Shown here one piece after another: positions 10,929 to 25,300 of a stretch of DNA of 64,000 nt (position 1 is its first letter; the number at the start of each line of letters is the position of its first letter). The position numbers and the translations under genes were made by a program. This DNA is from Hydrolagus affinis. Lineage: Eukaryota. The stretch is taken from contig JAAILG010001340.1 in assembly GCA_012026655.1 (NCBI GenBank), forward strand, positions 1 through 64,000. Reading direction: 5' to 3'. A model generated the notes under the pieces. The model worked only from the letters and a program-made list of their open reading frames with translations, was not told where the DNA came from and ran no database searches.

Positions 10929-11130
10929 ATAATAATAATAATCCTTGCATTTAATATAGCGCTTTTCACATCTTCTAAACATCTCAAAGCGCTTCACAGA
11001 ATATAGTGTAAAGTGAATTGACTGTATATTTGTGGGTGAAATGCATCAGCCAATTGAGCACAGCATTGTCCCACAAACAGTTGTGGACTAAAGTAACCAA
11101 TTTGTCATAGTTTTTTTTGAGGGATTATTA
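10929..11130 (-). mobile_element. SINE 3' half
   Basis: aataataataatccttgcatttaatatagcgcttttcacatcttc...gtcccacaaacagttgtgg is the reverse complement of the SINE tail. Confidence 0.8.
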
Positions 11131-11571
11131 GAATAGTTTGGGAATGGGGCCTTACAACTGATGATGTACATTTGTCCTTCTTAAACGTGTGAAACTTGAA
11201 TTTAATGCATTGAATAACATGCACAATTTCTCAGTTTACTTTATTAGTGCATCCATTGATCTAGTATTATTTGAATTTCTGATACCTTTGTTCCTGGTAT
11301 GCATACTGAGCATAGGTATCTTGTTCTGAATGGATTGATTGTAGTCAAATGGGTGATGTCAGAGGCTTCAAATAACCAGACACTTGGAAATGGAAATTGG
11401 TCGCTCACTCCATGGCTTATTTTTAGGACATTGTGATGCACCACATTTCACCCTCAAAATACATAGTCAACTCACTTTACGGTATATCCTGTGAAGTGTG
11501 TGATAAGGCGTTATATCAAATGCAACGAGTGTTATTATGACTATTAATACTTCACCCCCAAATTTATGTCA

Positions 11572-11755
11572 AAGCTGAGTCCACAACATAATTCAAAAGG
11601 GAATTGGATAAATACTGCAGAAAAAAATAGTATTGAAGGATGTGGACAAAGAGCAGGGAATTGACATAGCTTTAATAGGCAGATAACACCAGCACAGACA
11701 CAAAGGGCTGAATGGCCCCCTTCTGTGCTGTAAACATTGTATGATTCTATTCTAG
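11572..11755 (+). mobile_element. CR1 LINE 3' end
   Basis: attcaaaagggaattggataaatac...gggctgaatggcccccttctgtgctgtaaacattgtatgattctattcta, ending in the CR1-type attctrt repeat. Confidence 0.7.
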
Positions 11756-13064
11756 ATGTTCAAATTTGGATCCAGGTCCATTGTGCAGCTGTGATTTATT
11801 GTTTGTTCTCATGGTCTATAACCCACAGCCTTCAGTTCAGATCCAGCTGCCCACCCTCTTTTTTTTTACAATACTTGTCTTTATCACATTCACCTTAAGA
11901 AGAATTGTTTTTGCACTCATTTAAATTTTGCAAAATTCTGAACCAACAATAACGTTTGATAATCAACTTTGATTTGACTCTATTTAAAAAAATAATTGAC
12001 ATTTCATCCAATTCTGTGCCAACACCAAGCTGAGCACACAGCAACAATGTCTAGCTGCAATTACAGGGGAGCGTTTCCTTCTCTTGACTCACCCCACTGG
12101 GAAACACAGAAAATATCGAGATAAACAGTACAAGGTATGGAGGAGAGAATTCAACTGGAGAAGCTGCTTTAAAATAATCCAACGTTGTAAAAAACATTTG
12201 TCAAAAACACTCTATTTCATGCTTGTGATGTACAGTTAATGGGACACTTTAGAAAATTACGCAAAGGCACCCATAAAACACCAGAAATCAACAACCTTCT
12301 AATTATCTTTAAATGCAATGAGCTGCTTTAAGGTCAGACACATTATTTTAAAGCACTGTTGCCTACAATCAAAAATGTAACCTTTTATATTTATGCATGG
12401 ACACTCTCCAATATTCCAAGATCATCATGCAGTCATACCCGGAAGTTCAAGTGCATTCATCAAATTCAAAATGATAATTTTCAAAAGCAGCATAAAATTG
12501 TAGATTTTCAGATACATAATCTTGAGACAGATAAACAAATTACAGCAGCACACAAGCAGAAACAAAACTACACTTCGCTGAGCATTCATTATCACATGCT
12601 ATCAAGCAGATATGCAGCTCCATAACAGTGACCAACCTTTGGTATGTTAGGGCTCAGGAAGCATAAAATAACATGATGGTGAGGTAACGGACCATGGCAT
12701 GATAGATGATGTTGCATAGTGGCTGTTTACAGCTCCATGTCTGTACAATCTGTAACGGCTGGTGCATTGTGTTCAACATGCCGTTTGCTAATGTGAAACG
12801 ATTCACACATTAGCTAGGCCTCTATCTACCTATCCCAGCGCACACACTGAATTGCAGTGAGCTCTCTATCTAGCTCGTGTTAAGTAGCCAGGCAATCACC
12901 ACAGGCAATAAAAATTAATGTGAAAAAATAATAAAACCGAATTACAATTCAAAGAGTGTTTTATGGTTTGTCTTTTCTCTGCCTTGTTTTTTTTACCAGG
13001 AAGGTGCACTATGCAAGGTCAGGGCAGTAAGAGATGACTGCAGGACCAATTCAACACTGATAAG

Positions 13065-13190
13065 TTTGACTGCATATTTCTCCCACAAAAGATACAGTCA
13101 ATTCACTTTATAGTATATCCTGTGAAGCGCTTTGAGACATCTAGAAGATGTGATAAGACACTATATCAAATGCAAGGGTTATCTTATTAT
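13065..13190 (+). mobile_element. SINE 3' tail fragment (similar fragments at 11430-11540 +, 18440-18600 -, 21478-21585 -, 24750-24940 +)
   Basis: cagtcaattcactttatagtatatcctgtgaagcgctttgagacatctagaagatgtgataag...caaatgcaagg. Confidence 0.75.
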
Positions 13191-16100
13191 AAGGAAAAGA
13201 CAGAACAAGTTAAAGGCAACAAAGTTCTACCAGCTAAAAAAAAGAGAAAAGTAGAAATAAATTAGCTGAGCTATACAAAAGCAGATTAGTGGTGAGCTCA
13301 CATTTGTCATTTTTATGGAAATTAAATTATCAGCCTGACATCTACATCATTTCTCAATGCATTGCTTGTTTGAACACAATGAAATACAATTCAGACAATC
13401 CAAACTTTCAAACGCTAATACGGTTTGGAAGACAAATTGGTGCAAATTCTTCAGAGTACACTAGCACTTTACCAAATCCAAATATATTACAAGGTTGAAA
13501 GATTCCACTTTAAAGACTGATAAAAATGCATGGACTGAGTTCAATTGTACTTCTCAGCATTCAACATTCGAAATCTGCCCCGTGCTGTTTTACAGTCAAC
13601 AAAAGAAGTTTGTTTTTTTAAAACCTTGACAGAAACCATAACTCAATGAGTTAATTGAGAATTCAGTCTGGCATTAAGTATTCTTGTCCATTTAATGTTC
13701 CCAGAAAAAAAAACTGAGGGGGCACTGAATGGATGTCAGTGCGTCACTGAATCCATGACAATGCGCTAGTGCTATTCTGGAGTGATGAAGGCTCATGACA
13801 GGTTAGAAAGGTTCTTCTTGCTGAGTGAAGGAAAGTCGGCAGCACAACGTCAATGTCAATATTTTTTTGAAAAAAAACAAGAGAGGAAGCACAACAATGT
13901 TATTGATGTCTCTTTATACATCTTCAATGGGAAATATAGAATTACTCTGAAGATTTACCTAAAGGTAATGAACTGGCATAGGCTGTAGTCATTCTTATTA
14001 GATTTATTGTAAAATTCTAATGTTTCAGTTGTGTATGGAATAGCTGCTTATGTTACTTGGCAATAGAGGCACTGATTAAGTTAATGCACATGTACACTTT
14101 GATGACCCGACTGTGTGACAGATAGATGGTGCTGTTTTGGTAAAAGCGGAACCGTGACAAAGAATTATGATTGAGATTGACTGATGACGGAAGTGAGGAT
14201 ATGGAAATTCTGAAGGGGTAAGAGAGAGAGAGAGAGAGAGGATTGGATCAGGTTTAGGACGTTTGTATTGCACACACTGCTTTTAGTGGGGGCATTAAAA
14301 TGTAAATGAGGCAAGGATGCTGCCTCCAGATATACTGACTATTGTGTGCAATGGTGACATTTGTTTCTGCTTCTGTTGCTAAGAGTGCTAGAGACAGAAA
14401 GGGAAACCCTGCTTCCCACTATGCTATTGGTTGCCATTACCTTCTGGCCATTGGTAGACTAAAACGTGTAAAGACCAGTGATATGCTTTCCATATTGCTG
14501 GGCATCAAGGACACAGCGAAGAGGGTGTATCATCAGAAAATAAAATTGTAATATGTAATTCTAGAAATATTGGTCCACGTCCAAATTTGTTTCTGGGACG
14601 CAACTCTGCTTGATGGCTGCCACATAAATGCAAGTTGTTGTTGTTGTTATTATCATGCGGTAGATTATGCCTACAGTGTAAATGATGTGATCTTTCGCAC
14701 AATCGGTGGACTACTTAAATATCTTATAATAAACCCAGCAAGATGGATTCCTTTTATGTGGATAAGAACACATCATGATTTATTTTCTGTTGAAAACTGT
14801 TTTGAATCAAGCCAAATAAAATCATCCTAAAAGTCCTAAAAGACAACAAGTGTTAGAATTTAATTAGAACTGGGATTAAAACAATTGGTCCTATTTTTTA
14901 AAAAAAATCCAAATACAGTACTACTAGTGCAGACTTATTTGATCTATAGATAATTCCTGTTGTGATCAATCTGCTTAGTTTTTCATGCTTATATATTCAT
15001 GAGAAAACCACCAACAAAGAGGAAGGAAACGGTTGCAGTCTGTGAATAAGAATAGGTCATTTTCCTCATTCCATCCCCAGGAGCGCTGAGCTCAAATTTT
15101 AAACTCACTCTGCAGGGAATCATTGGGGAGAACATTGACATGATCCATGGTGCAGTACATTAGCGTCCAAGTGCACACGACCTCTGACCTTTTTGTGAAT
15201 GGATGTCTAATACAAATCAATATTGAAAGTTTTAATAAACAGTATTGAAGTTGAATTCCAAGGCCACATGTCCCCTCATACTTCGGACAAAGCCGAGAGA
15301 GGTCTTAGGGCAGAAACATAGTAGTTAAAGGCTTGGGAAAGATCATCTTGATTCATGTAGCCAGTCCCAGTGTAAATAATAAAAATGACTATTGTTCATA
15401 CCCTTCATTTGTTTTTTTTCAATCAAAATTAATCAAATTATGTGTAATGCATCATTTCCCTCTCCGTAAACTGTGATGAATGCCTCCCGAAATTATACAT
15501 TTCTCCAGGTGTTTCATCATTTTGGATGCACCAATAGCTTCCCTACAACAGATGTCAAACTCATGAGGCCGTAGTTTCCCGTGTTAATTATTTGTCTTTT
15601 TTCCAATATCAGTGGTACAAGCTTTTATATTCATTGAAGTAAAAACTCCATACCTCAAGTGGCAGCATACATTGAAAATGATGATGTATTGGGACAACTT
15701 AGGTGAGTGATAGGAATTAAGGGAGAAATGTAAAAATGAACCAAAAAAGAATGCAGTATGAACTAATCATTGAGAAAGTTGGTCAGTCATGAAAATGAGC
15801 ACTTTATGTCAGTAGGCAAATGTAATGCCACGTTTTGATCCTTTGTCCATACATCTCACCAAATGATTTTCCTCCATTTGTTTTGTTGCTGTGCAGAGTT
15901 GGCAAAGGTACAGTGGAGCCTCGATTATGTGCTATACACATAATCCCACATGTAATTGGAGCCAGAGTATAATCGAGAGTCTAAAAATGGATTAAATCCA
16001 ACTTCAACGAATAATACATCTTTGTCTCTTCTCCCGGTGACAAAGATTTCTTTGCTTGCAATGAGACACAATCTTTTCCTCATCCAATTTTTTTTTGTAT

Positions 16101-16416
16101 CTGTAATTTGTTTAGTTTTCATTTTGACCAAATATGACCAAAATTGCTGAATTGAGAATGATGATGATCAAGTCCTGCAGGTTAAGTGCAGGATTAGATG
16201 GATTTCTGAAATCATGCCATTCTATCTTGCAGAACAATTCAGTGATTAAAACTCCACTGTCGTAAACAAACCTACATGCATCGCATTCACCTACAAATTT
16301 CTAATTGTAATACTTTGCAACATTCCTGTGAAGAGCTTTGAGAAGACATGAAATGTCATCAAATGATAACTTTATTTATACAGCATGGAATAAATAAATT
16401 GAGGTTACACACTCAC

Positions 16417-16528
16417 CTTGTGAATAAGATCCTTTGCAGAGTATGACAAAAGGATGCGATCGCACCAAGAAGGACACCTTGTGTTCATATACTGCTTTCC
16501 CTGACTAGAGTCCTCACTGTATGGGTAA
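16417..16528 (-). CDS. INPP5A: INPP5A exon: (S)YPYSEDSSQGKQYMNTRCPSWCDRILLSYSAKDLIHK
   Basis: ctttttttcag|T TAC CCA...AAG|gtgagt, 112 nt, phase 2/0. Contains the 5-phosphatase signature R-x-P-x-W-C-D-R-I-L. Confidence 0.96.
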
Positions 16529-16973
16529 CTGAAAAAAAAGTAATTAGATTCAATAAATGGTCATTTTATTCAATAGGGAGTGGCAATAGAAAGGGGAAAC
16601 TGTATACCAACATTTGTACTAAGTCTTTTCTAGAAATATGTTTGAAAACCATCAGCCTTATAGCTTTTGGGGGACAGGATACTATTTCTTGTTGTGTATG
16701 TCAAAGGAATACTTAAATTTAATGGAGAGTAAACCCCTCCTTAGCTATAATAAGCACACATCACCAAACTTGGGCAGTCCATTGGTGCTTGCCACATGAC
16801 GTTGTTAAAAAGGATCTAATTTGCCAATTAAAGTGACTCAGTTAACTAAAGTGGAATTTGCAATTAGCTAACATAGTTATTTGCACATACCAGTTAGTTA
16901 GGATGTCCTCTTGATGTGAAAGGCGCTCTATAAATGTAATTTTATTATTGTTGTTGTTGACCAAAATTTAGCT

Positions 16974-17009
16974 AAATATCATCTAATCTTGAAATATCAT
17001 CTAATCTTG
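16974..17009. repeat. Perfect 2 x 18-bp tandem duplication, next to an L2 tail fragment (16900-16960, +)
   Basis: aaatatcatctaatcttg occurs twice. Confidence 0.85.
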
Positions 17010-20000
17010 AAAGAAAGTACAGTACTTGCCTCAGTAATTTTTCTGGCTTTCTGGCTTCAAGTATATATAAATACACACACATAAAGATAGGGTATGTACA
17101 TGAACTACAGAATAAGCAGTTATTAATTACGTGAAACAATTTATGAGGCTCCAGAACTAGATTCAGCTCATTTTATATCTGATCACTCTTGCCTAAAAGC
17201 TGTTGGATTTTATTATAAATTGAAATGTTACATTTTTGAAAGGTTTCTGGCTCGTTAATAGGTCACCGATCGTTGTTAGAACAGCCCTTCTCTTTAAGCA
17301 TTACCTTTCGAATAAAATTTGGCAACAAAAATGCCTGAGATTTCACGGATCCTTTGCTAGCTTTTTCCTGAATTACCGGTAAGCAGAGATGTTTTGCAAC
17401 TTTTTTTTAAAATCAAGATGGCAAACATTACAGTTGAAGTACAATGTGTTAAACAGATGCTACTTGCAAATGTTACAATAACACCATGGTGACCAAACTA
17501 ACAATGAGGTCAAAGGTCTAAGAAGAAAAGGAGGTCAATCAGGCAATTCATGGGGGTTGCAGTAGCAAAAGACAAGAAGTGCAAATATTACTTGAGTCGT
17601 AGGCTGCAGAGCAGATCAGATCATGTAGAATGGTTCCCAACAATGCATTCGCCATCTAAAATCCCTGTGTAGAGTGTAATTTAAACTGATAGGTGTTCTT
17701 TATTGTAAGACTGTGGAGAAAACCGCCACTAAATAGCATGAAAAAGCTGAATTGTAAAAGTTAACTCTTAAAAGGTATCACTGTGACACTAATTTCTATT
17801 TGCCAGAGGAGGTGTAAAATAAATACTCTCTTTACCATTCGGAGCTTTCAGTGATATTCCCTGACTTTGCCTCAACACATTTGCAGTCATTTGCTAAGGA
17901 CAAATAAAATGTGACACTGGAAACAAAAAGCCACAGGAACTCAACTGGCCGCAATGTTAAGGACCCAGTGAATGTCTTGGTAGATACGAACATCTTACAT
18001 AGCTCAGCATATTGCGCGGCAACCCCAGTACAATGATAAACACGAGCAGGACACTGCAGCACGCTGATTCATATCTCCCGAGTAGTATTCGGAAACGTTT
18101 TTCAGAATGCAAACTTTTGCAATGGGGTGTGCGCAGTGGTGGGGGGGAGAAGGGGATTCAGCTTTAAACAATGCCACATTCCAACCTTCCAGAGTCAATA
18201 TTACAAATAATGAATCGGTTCATGAAGCAACAAGGAAATGACTTATACATTTGCTGTACTTTATGAAGTCTTCATTTAGCACTGCTCTGTGTTTACTGAT
18301 TGAGTACATATTCAAAATTACAGGTGGTTCTAGCTTCACGGATGATACAGTGGATAGGACTGCCCAGACTATGTAATGTGACAAATTTTTAATGCGACAG
18401 ATTTGTACCTCATGACTAAATTTCCCTTGCATTTCATATAACACATAATCAAACCATCTTAAAATGCTTCACAGGATTTGTTTTAAACTATTAAGTGTAG
18501 CAACTGTGTATTTGTGTGCAAATTTATCAATTGTACCCAATTTGCACACAGCAATATCTATTAAACAGCCATGAAGTGAATGACCAATTTTATCAGGGGA
18601 ACACTAGGGGAATAGGCAGAGAAAACCTCAGTTTAATGTTTATTCTAAAGGCTGGTATGATGTGATGCCAATTGAAAGGATTCATAGCAAGTGCCTGGCT
18701 AAGCGAATGACTTTGTATTGTACTGCTGCACCTAAAAAATACACATTCACTAACAATTCATAGAAACTTTGTGAAGCACTTTGATACTGATGTTACAGGT
18801 GATGATATAGGTGCTATATGAAATGCAAGGGTTATAATTCTTCATATGTAATTTATGTTAATATATCAGTACCCATCCTTAAAGCACATACAGTATAGAA
18901 TTTCAAATATTTTCCAGCATCAAATCAATATTCTGATAGGCTATAAGTTATTTCCAATGTAATGAAAAACAACAGGCTAATTGTAAAACAATTTGCATAA
19001 TGACATTTTACAAATTACTACAACGCAATTGATTGTACATAGAATTGTACTGTGTGATTTATGATTCATGTAATGCAGAAATGTACCCAAACCAAAGCTG
19101 TCACAAGAATACAAATCACTCCATGCTGATTCTCTCAAAATATTTATTTTCTAAGTCCTTGAAAGAGTCAAATTTTTTATACAAAAGAGGAATTTTTATT
19201 AAAGGTGAATTTGGCACACTCAAAGAATTGAATATTCCCATTTTGTGGTTGTTTCTAACCAATGATAATGATTATTGTGCAGTTCCAGGCCAGGACCTAA
19301 GACAGGTATAATTAATCCAATTGATTTATTGCGTCTAATTTCTATAATTGAAAATACAATGTGATATCTTGATCCCAACTTTTTCTAATTTTTTTTTAAA
19401 AAAAGCTCATTATTAAATGTAACCTCATGACAGAATCCCTTTTTTTAAACAATATTTTTTAAGCAGTGTATCCTTTCTATTCAGTCTGTTGCCACCATAT
19501 CTCATCTCACAAGCGTTACTTCTTCTCAAACATTTCAAGACAAGTACTTTTTGACCTGCCTTTCTAGACCTGCAGTACCTAGGAGGAATGCTAACTTGCC
19601 AAGGCAGGCTTCAGCCTAGTCTCGGTCTACTATTAAACAGCAAACGGTGAAGAGACAACTGTATATCATTCCCTTCTCCCATCGATGCTGTCTAGACTTG
19701 GCAAACACTTCGATGTGGGAAAGGAGCCATTCATTTAATCACTGTAGCCTCAACTACAGTGTATTCTTCTGCTGTACACTTTAGCAATCTCAAACTTAAT
19801 CAATGCCTAATGGCTTCATAAATAATATAACTAGGGCTCTTAACAAATTATCATTTACTTTTATGAACTGTGGAAGACAAATACTTCATTAGCTAACATT
19901 TAGTGCCTGTCCTTAACATTTTCCTCCTGCCTCACCACCTCCACTCACAAAACAGTAGACATACCACAAACACACAACATGAGTTTAACACGCTTGAAAA

Positions 20001-22239
20001 AAAAATTTGAGCTCTTTTCGAGGGCAAAAGAATCTGGAATGATTAGTCCAGATAATAATTAGTCCAAAAAGAGTTAATTTTGTGTCAGGTAAATATTTTG
20101 ATTGGCTTTCAGTGTGAAAACCAATGACTCAGACCTTGTTAAATTCTGGTCCAACACATCCTATAGAGCCTGACATTTTTACAAATAAATCTCAATGTTG
20201 GGGCAATTTCACAGTTATTCTTCAGATGCTGCTTGACTTTAATTTTATGAAGGATAATATCAACACAAGGGTAAACTATCAAAATAAAGAGAACAAAATA
20301 AAGGCAGGAACTGCAAGAGAAAAGTGTTTTGTGATGGATGATGCGAATATGGGGGGGAAAATTTACTATCACAGATGTTGAAACAAGAAACTACAAAGAG
20401 TTTCAAAAAGAATTAGACAAGTGCTTGTTAACTAAAATGATTCAATGTTGTTATAGATTTAGAAATAAACACATCAACGGAATATTGTGGGAAATTGGAT
20501 TGGAAGGTCTACATGGAGTGAATCCCTGTTTGGAATTTACTTTGTAACCTTGTATTAAAAGGAGGTGTAACTGTTTGCAGCGAATTATGATTCTATGAAA
20601 TTCATTCACATTCTTTCTAACATGAGTTTGCCATCATAAGTTGCTTGAAAATGTCCAGTCAAGAGCATACCACTCCATCATTTCCATGTTATGCCTCTCT
20701 GGCTCCAGAACGACCACTAACATGGGAAAGCCAAATTCAGCACAAGTATGTGTAGTGTTCAGACTTGTCACACCTGACCTGATGGATGACTTCTTGAGCG
20801 TAAGCAATATGAATTTACAGCTTGTATTGCATTCTTTAAATCTAAACACAAGACATGATAATGTAACTTTCTCCATTTCAACCCTGATGTGTTAAGGTTG
20901 AGGTTCGCTCAACTATAGTTTGGAATGTAAAAATTAAAGGGAAAAGGATTGCGATCAGTTCATACAACTGACTGTCAATCAAAAATAACCGGAATCAATC
21001 AATATTGCACATAAGGAGTCTCTGCTTCCAGAATAAGATTCCTGGTGTAATTTAATTAGTTAATGAATCTATGGGTGTGTAATACCAATGAGTTGCATAT
21101 CGGCAATTTTGGAGGATTTCAGTCTGACGCCAATTGTAATGAGGAGGGGAACAAAATCTTTATAATTAACAGAAAGCCACGTAATTTCACAAGTTTTAAA
21201 ATTCTATTGAACTTGGACTCACTTACCATGACTATAGGAATGAGACAGGATGATGCTTTGCGTTCAAACAAGATATGTTGGTTCGGGGTTACAAGTTCAA
21301 AGTCAATCTTGTTTGATGGGACTAACTCCACTCTGATCATGAAATGGGATTTGTCGTATCAAACTAGAACCCTATAGTTACAATTCCAGAGCTCCTTCCC
21401 TTTATAGTAATGGACAATTAACCAAAGGCCCAATAAGAAGAAAGACACAAAGTACAAAAGGATACGGAGAGTAATAAATAATAATAATCCTTGTATTTCA
21501 TATAGCCCTTATCATGTCTTCAACACATCTCACAAAGTGCTTCACAGGATATACTGTAAAGTGAATTGACTGTATTTTGTGGGACAATGTGAGTGGTTTG
21601 GAGTGAGGATTTCTGAGAGTTTGGATTTACAAATAAAGGAGCTTAAGAACACACCACTGATTTGTACCGAGCTGTATTACACCCATGAATCAGGAATTAT
21701 AGCATGGTGGTTTGGTGTACTACATCACCAATAAGGGTCCACCATCCCAGTGGTGGGATACAGCTTTGACCCCCTCACACTGTGTGTACAGTTCATCAAG
21801 AGTGACAGAGAAAAAGTTGAACAGTTCATCTAATCCTCATCTTTATGTGCTGCAGATTGCACATTTTAATGCCTTTGGTTTTAATTGTAAATTCCTTTAT
21901 AAAGGAGACAGTTAACAAGAGTTTTAGTTTTTACCTGTGTATAATATCCTGGTGAATGTCATCCAGGGACATTCCAATAAAGAGATTCAATAAACTATGA
22001 AAGCAAAGTTTGCTTCAATTAATATCATCTGAAATCCTCAATAGGATTAACATTTAAAATTTATTTTGAATTACAGGTTAATTGTAATTTGAGGTACAGG
22101 TTGAATGCATTTTTGTCGCCTCATGTTCACATGGCATTTACATAGCCTGTTGAAAACCATAGTCCTTCTCACTTTCAAATACAACTCACTTTCAAATAAA
22201 TGCATTCAGAGGAACAATGAATCCTTAGAGATGTCATAC

Positions 22240-22313
22240 CTGGGTGGAAATGATATTTCTTGTTCACTCAGCTTGTCTTTAAATACGGAAATCTCCCTGT
22301 CAAATTCTAAAAG
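22240..22313 (-). CDS. INPP5A: INPP5A exon: LLEFDREISVFKDKLSEQEISFPP(S)
   Basis: tttttcag|CTT...CCC AG|gtatga, 74 nt, phase 0/2. Joins the next exon in frame to give FPPSYPY. Confidence 0.95.
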
Positions 22314-25300
22314 CTGAAAAAGAAATTAAAGTCAATCATAATACAAAAAATGATTGCGCATTGTTATGGCATTTCATTGATTTATTTATCAACATTTTAA
22401 TGGGTAGTTTGTCCTGATTTAACTTAACAAAATCTGCAAAGGTAAAAGTAAATGCTTGAGTAACTGTAGCTCGAAAAAAAATTCACAAGTTTTATGATAA
22501 TTTCTGAATGTGCTAGATTTTCAAATGAATAATTTTATTGAATATTCTAACAGAATCATCTCCTAAATGTCTAGAAGGAGCAATGTCAGGAAAGTGAAGT
22601 GTGCAGTGACTAAGCAAGCACTACCTCATTTCAGTGCCTCCATTATGGTGGCGCTTTGCTTACACCCTTCGGTGCCACAACTAAAACCAGGCCTTGAATT
22701 GAATATGTATAGCTTTTATAATTGATGTCTCTCAGTGCATGAAGTAACCAGTGAAAAGGACTGTTCTTACCTTAAACTCAGGAAGAAACAGAACTATTTA
22801 TATGTGTGCATGCATGTGTGCATTATGTGTGTGGGTGGTGGGGGGGAGGTGGTATCTTAGGAGCACTGCCTGGTCTGGGAACAAATGGGCATTCAAATTG
22901 TTTGTAGCATTTCTTTGCATCAATATTTGTTTTTAGCACAGGGACTTATTCACCTACAAAATTCTTCAAATAATCTCTTTTGCTACTGACCATCACTCTT
23001 TGTAAGTACCATTTCCTATTCTGACAAGTATGTCATCAAAATAACACCTTTTATGACTACAGCATGTTTACTTGGCTGCCCATTAATCATCTCTCATCTC
23101 ACAGCTGTGTTGATATCATTGTATGGGTGGCAGAGGTTCTGATCTAAATTAGATTATGTCCCTCTATCCCATGCCACCTCATAAATCATTCCTGAAATGC
23201 AAAATTAGCAGCTACTTGTACACATTAATTATCTATGTGAAACTAGTCACCTGAAGCACCTGCAAAGATGACCACCTCTTCCCACATTTTCATTCAGAAG
23301 CAGGAAACACCCAAATTGCCTCGCTCAAACAGTCTCACCATGACCTCAAACATGGAGAGCTTCATCCAATTCACAGTGTCACCTATTTTATGGTTAGATT
23401 TCAAATTTGCAATAAAAGTCCAGCTTAAATTTAGCTGAAAACGAACCAATTTACATTCTCATTTATAACTTGCCCTTCGATTCAAACATGATTTCACCTC
23501 GAATTTACTTGATAGGAAAATGAACAGAATCTCATTTCTGTCTCTTTGATGTACAAGTGGGCTTCATGACATAAATGACATGTGTGACTAGTCATGAATC
23601 ACTACTGACTTTGACCTTAAATACCTCCAATTTTCGATAGCAAACTAAGGTATGAATGGAGTAATATACTGCTGGAGTTCATTCATATTACAGATATAGG
23701 CTCCTATAAACCTTTGCCATTACAGATCATACAGATCACTGAAGATGGCATCAGAGTGCCTTTGAGGTCTGGAAAAGTCACTCATTCATCAGATCTTTTA
23801 TTTAAAGAATTATGAATGAGTCATTGAATGCAGATATAGTGGGATACTGCATCATAGGTTTCCCTCAATGGGATGAAGCTAAAAATTATATTTAGGACAG
23901 AAAATAAACAACTCTATCACCAATCTTTTTTTAAAAAAAATTAATGTCACATTTACATTATAAAATAATCTATGAATTAGTAAATATTCCCATTAAGAAT
24001 GCAAGCCACACAAAATTCCCTGTGGTCATATGACAGGAATTTGCAAAGTTTCCTACTATTTCTTGAATCGCTGATTTCTTTAACACACTACAGTCAGTGA
24101 AAGTGCAACTATTACTCTTCAGGATTCAAAGCCCAAATCTGCAGTGAGCCAGATCAAGAGGTGATACTACTTGCATTTATCACACTCATTGGCAGCATTC
24201 ACTGGAGGTTTTGCAGATGCAAACGTTAAATGATGTTTGGAAGAAGAGAAAAAATGTGATCAGCATTTTGGAAATGGTCATAAATAACACCAATTCTACA
24301 CTGAATTAAAAATATTATGCCATTCATGTTAAGTCAATGTAAAATAAAGATATGAAAGCCAGTGCTAATATTAATTTAACCTTTGGGGTCTGTTAGCATG
24401 TTTATAACCTATTCCAAAGCACAACCCACCCTCATTTGAAAGCTCTTAGTTTTAAATTAACACTCGCTTGGTTCTCATAGGTGCCAGAATTTGGAACTCA
24501 TGCTACTTATTGTAAAGAAAGATCTTGTTTTATGACATTGATATGTTGTTTCCCAAGTGTTTCGTAATTGCTGTCAAGTATCTTGACTGTTTAGTAAGAG
24601 AATACTATAGACATTTATGCAAGCAAGCAAGACCAATTCATTTTTAGGAATGTTGGCAAGGACATTGGGAGAAAACACCCATTTATTTTTGAATAGTCTT
24701 ATTCAAGTGGATGTCAAAGTTTCTGTTTAATTTTAAAAAAGAGAGTTTCTCCTAGAATCCTTGCCACCAATCCCCAATTAAAATTGTTGATTCACTTGAT
24801 GGCTATTTGTGGAATATTTTGTGCACAAATTGGGGCCATGTTATCCCACAAAATACAATCATTCTACAATATATCCTGAGAATACTTTGAGATAACTTCT
24901 TAATGTGTAAGCACTATTTCAAATGTAAGGATTATTATTAGCACATTAAAATGTAACTGGTGTTATAATATTTAAATGCACATACATATACAGTATTAAC
25001 TTTAATATTAGAGATAGCATATGTACAATACAGTACTAATTAACACTTTATGGTTTCATCCTCTTTAGAATGTAACTTCACAAAATGTTACTCCAATAGT
25101 TCTTGCTGAGAAAACCATCAAAATTTAGAAGGTGATGCATCAAGAAGTTAAAAAGCAAAGCAACGTGAATTCCAATTAATTGCAAATCACCTCCAGTAAC
25201 AAAACATGTTCTATTTTGTGTATGGTGCACTTAATAAAGAATGTATCAAAAGTAATACAAGGCTAAGAATGTGCTTTAGTAGACTGTGTGTGAGAGAGAC

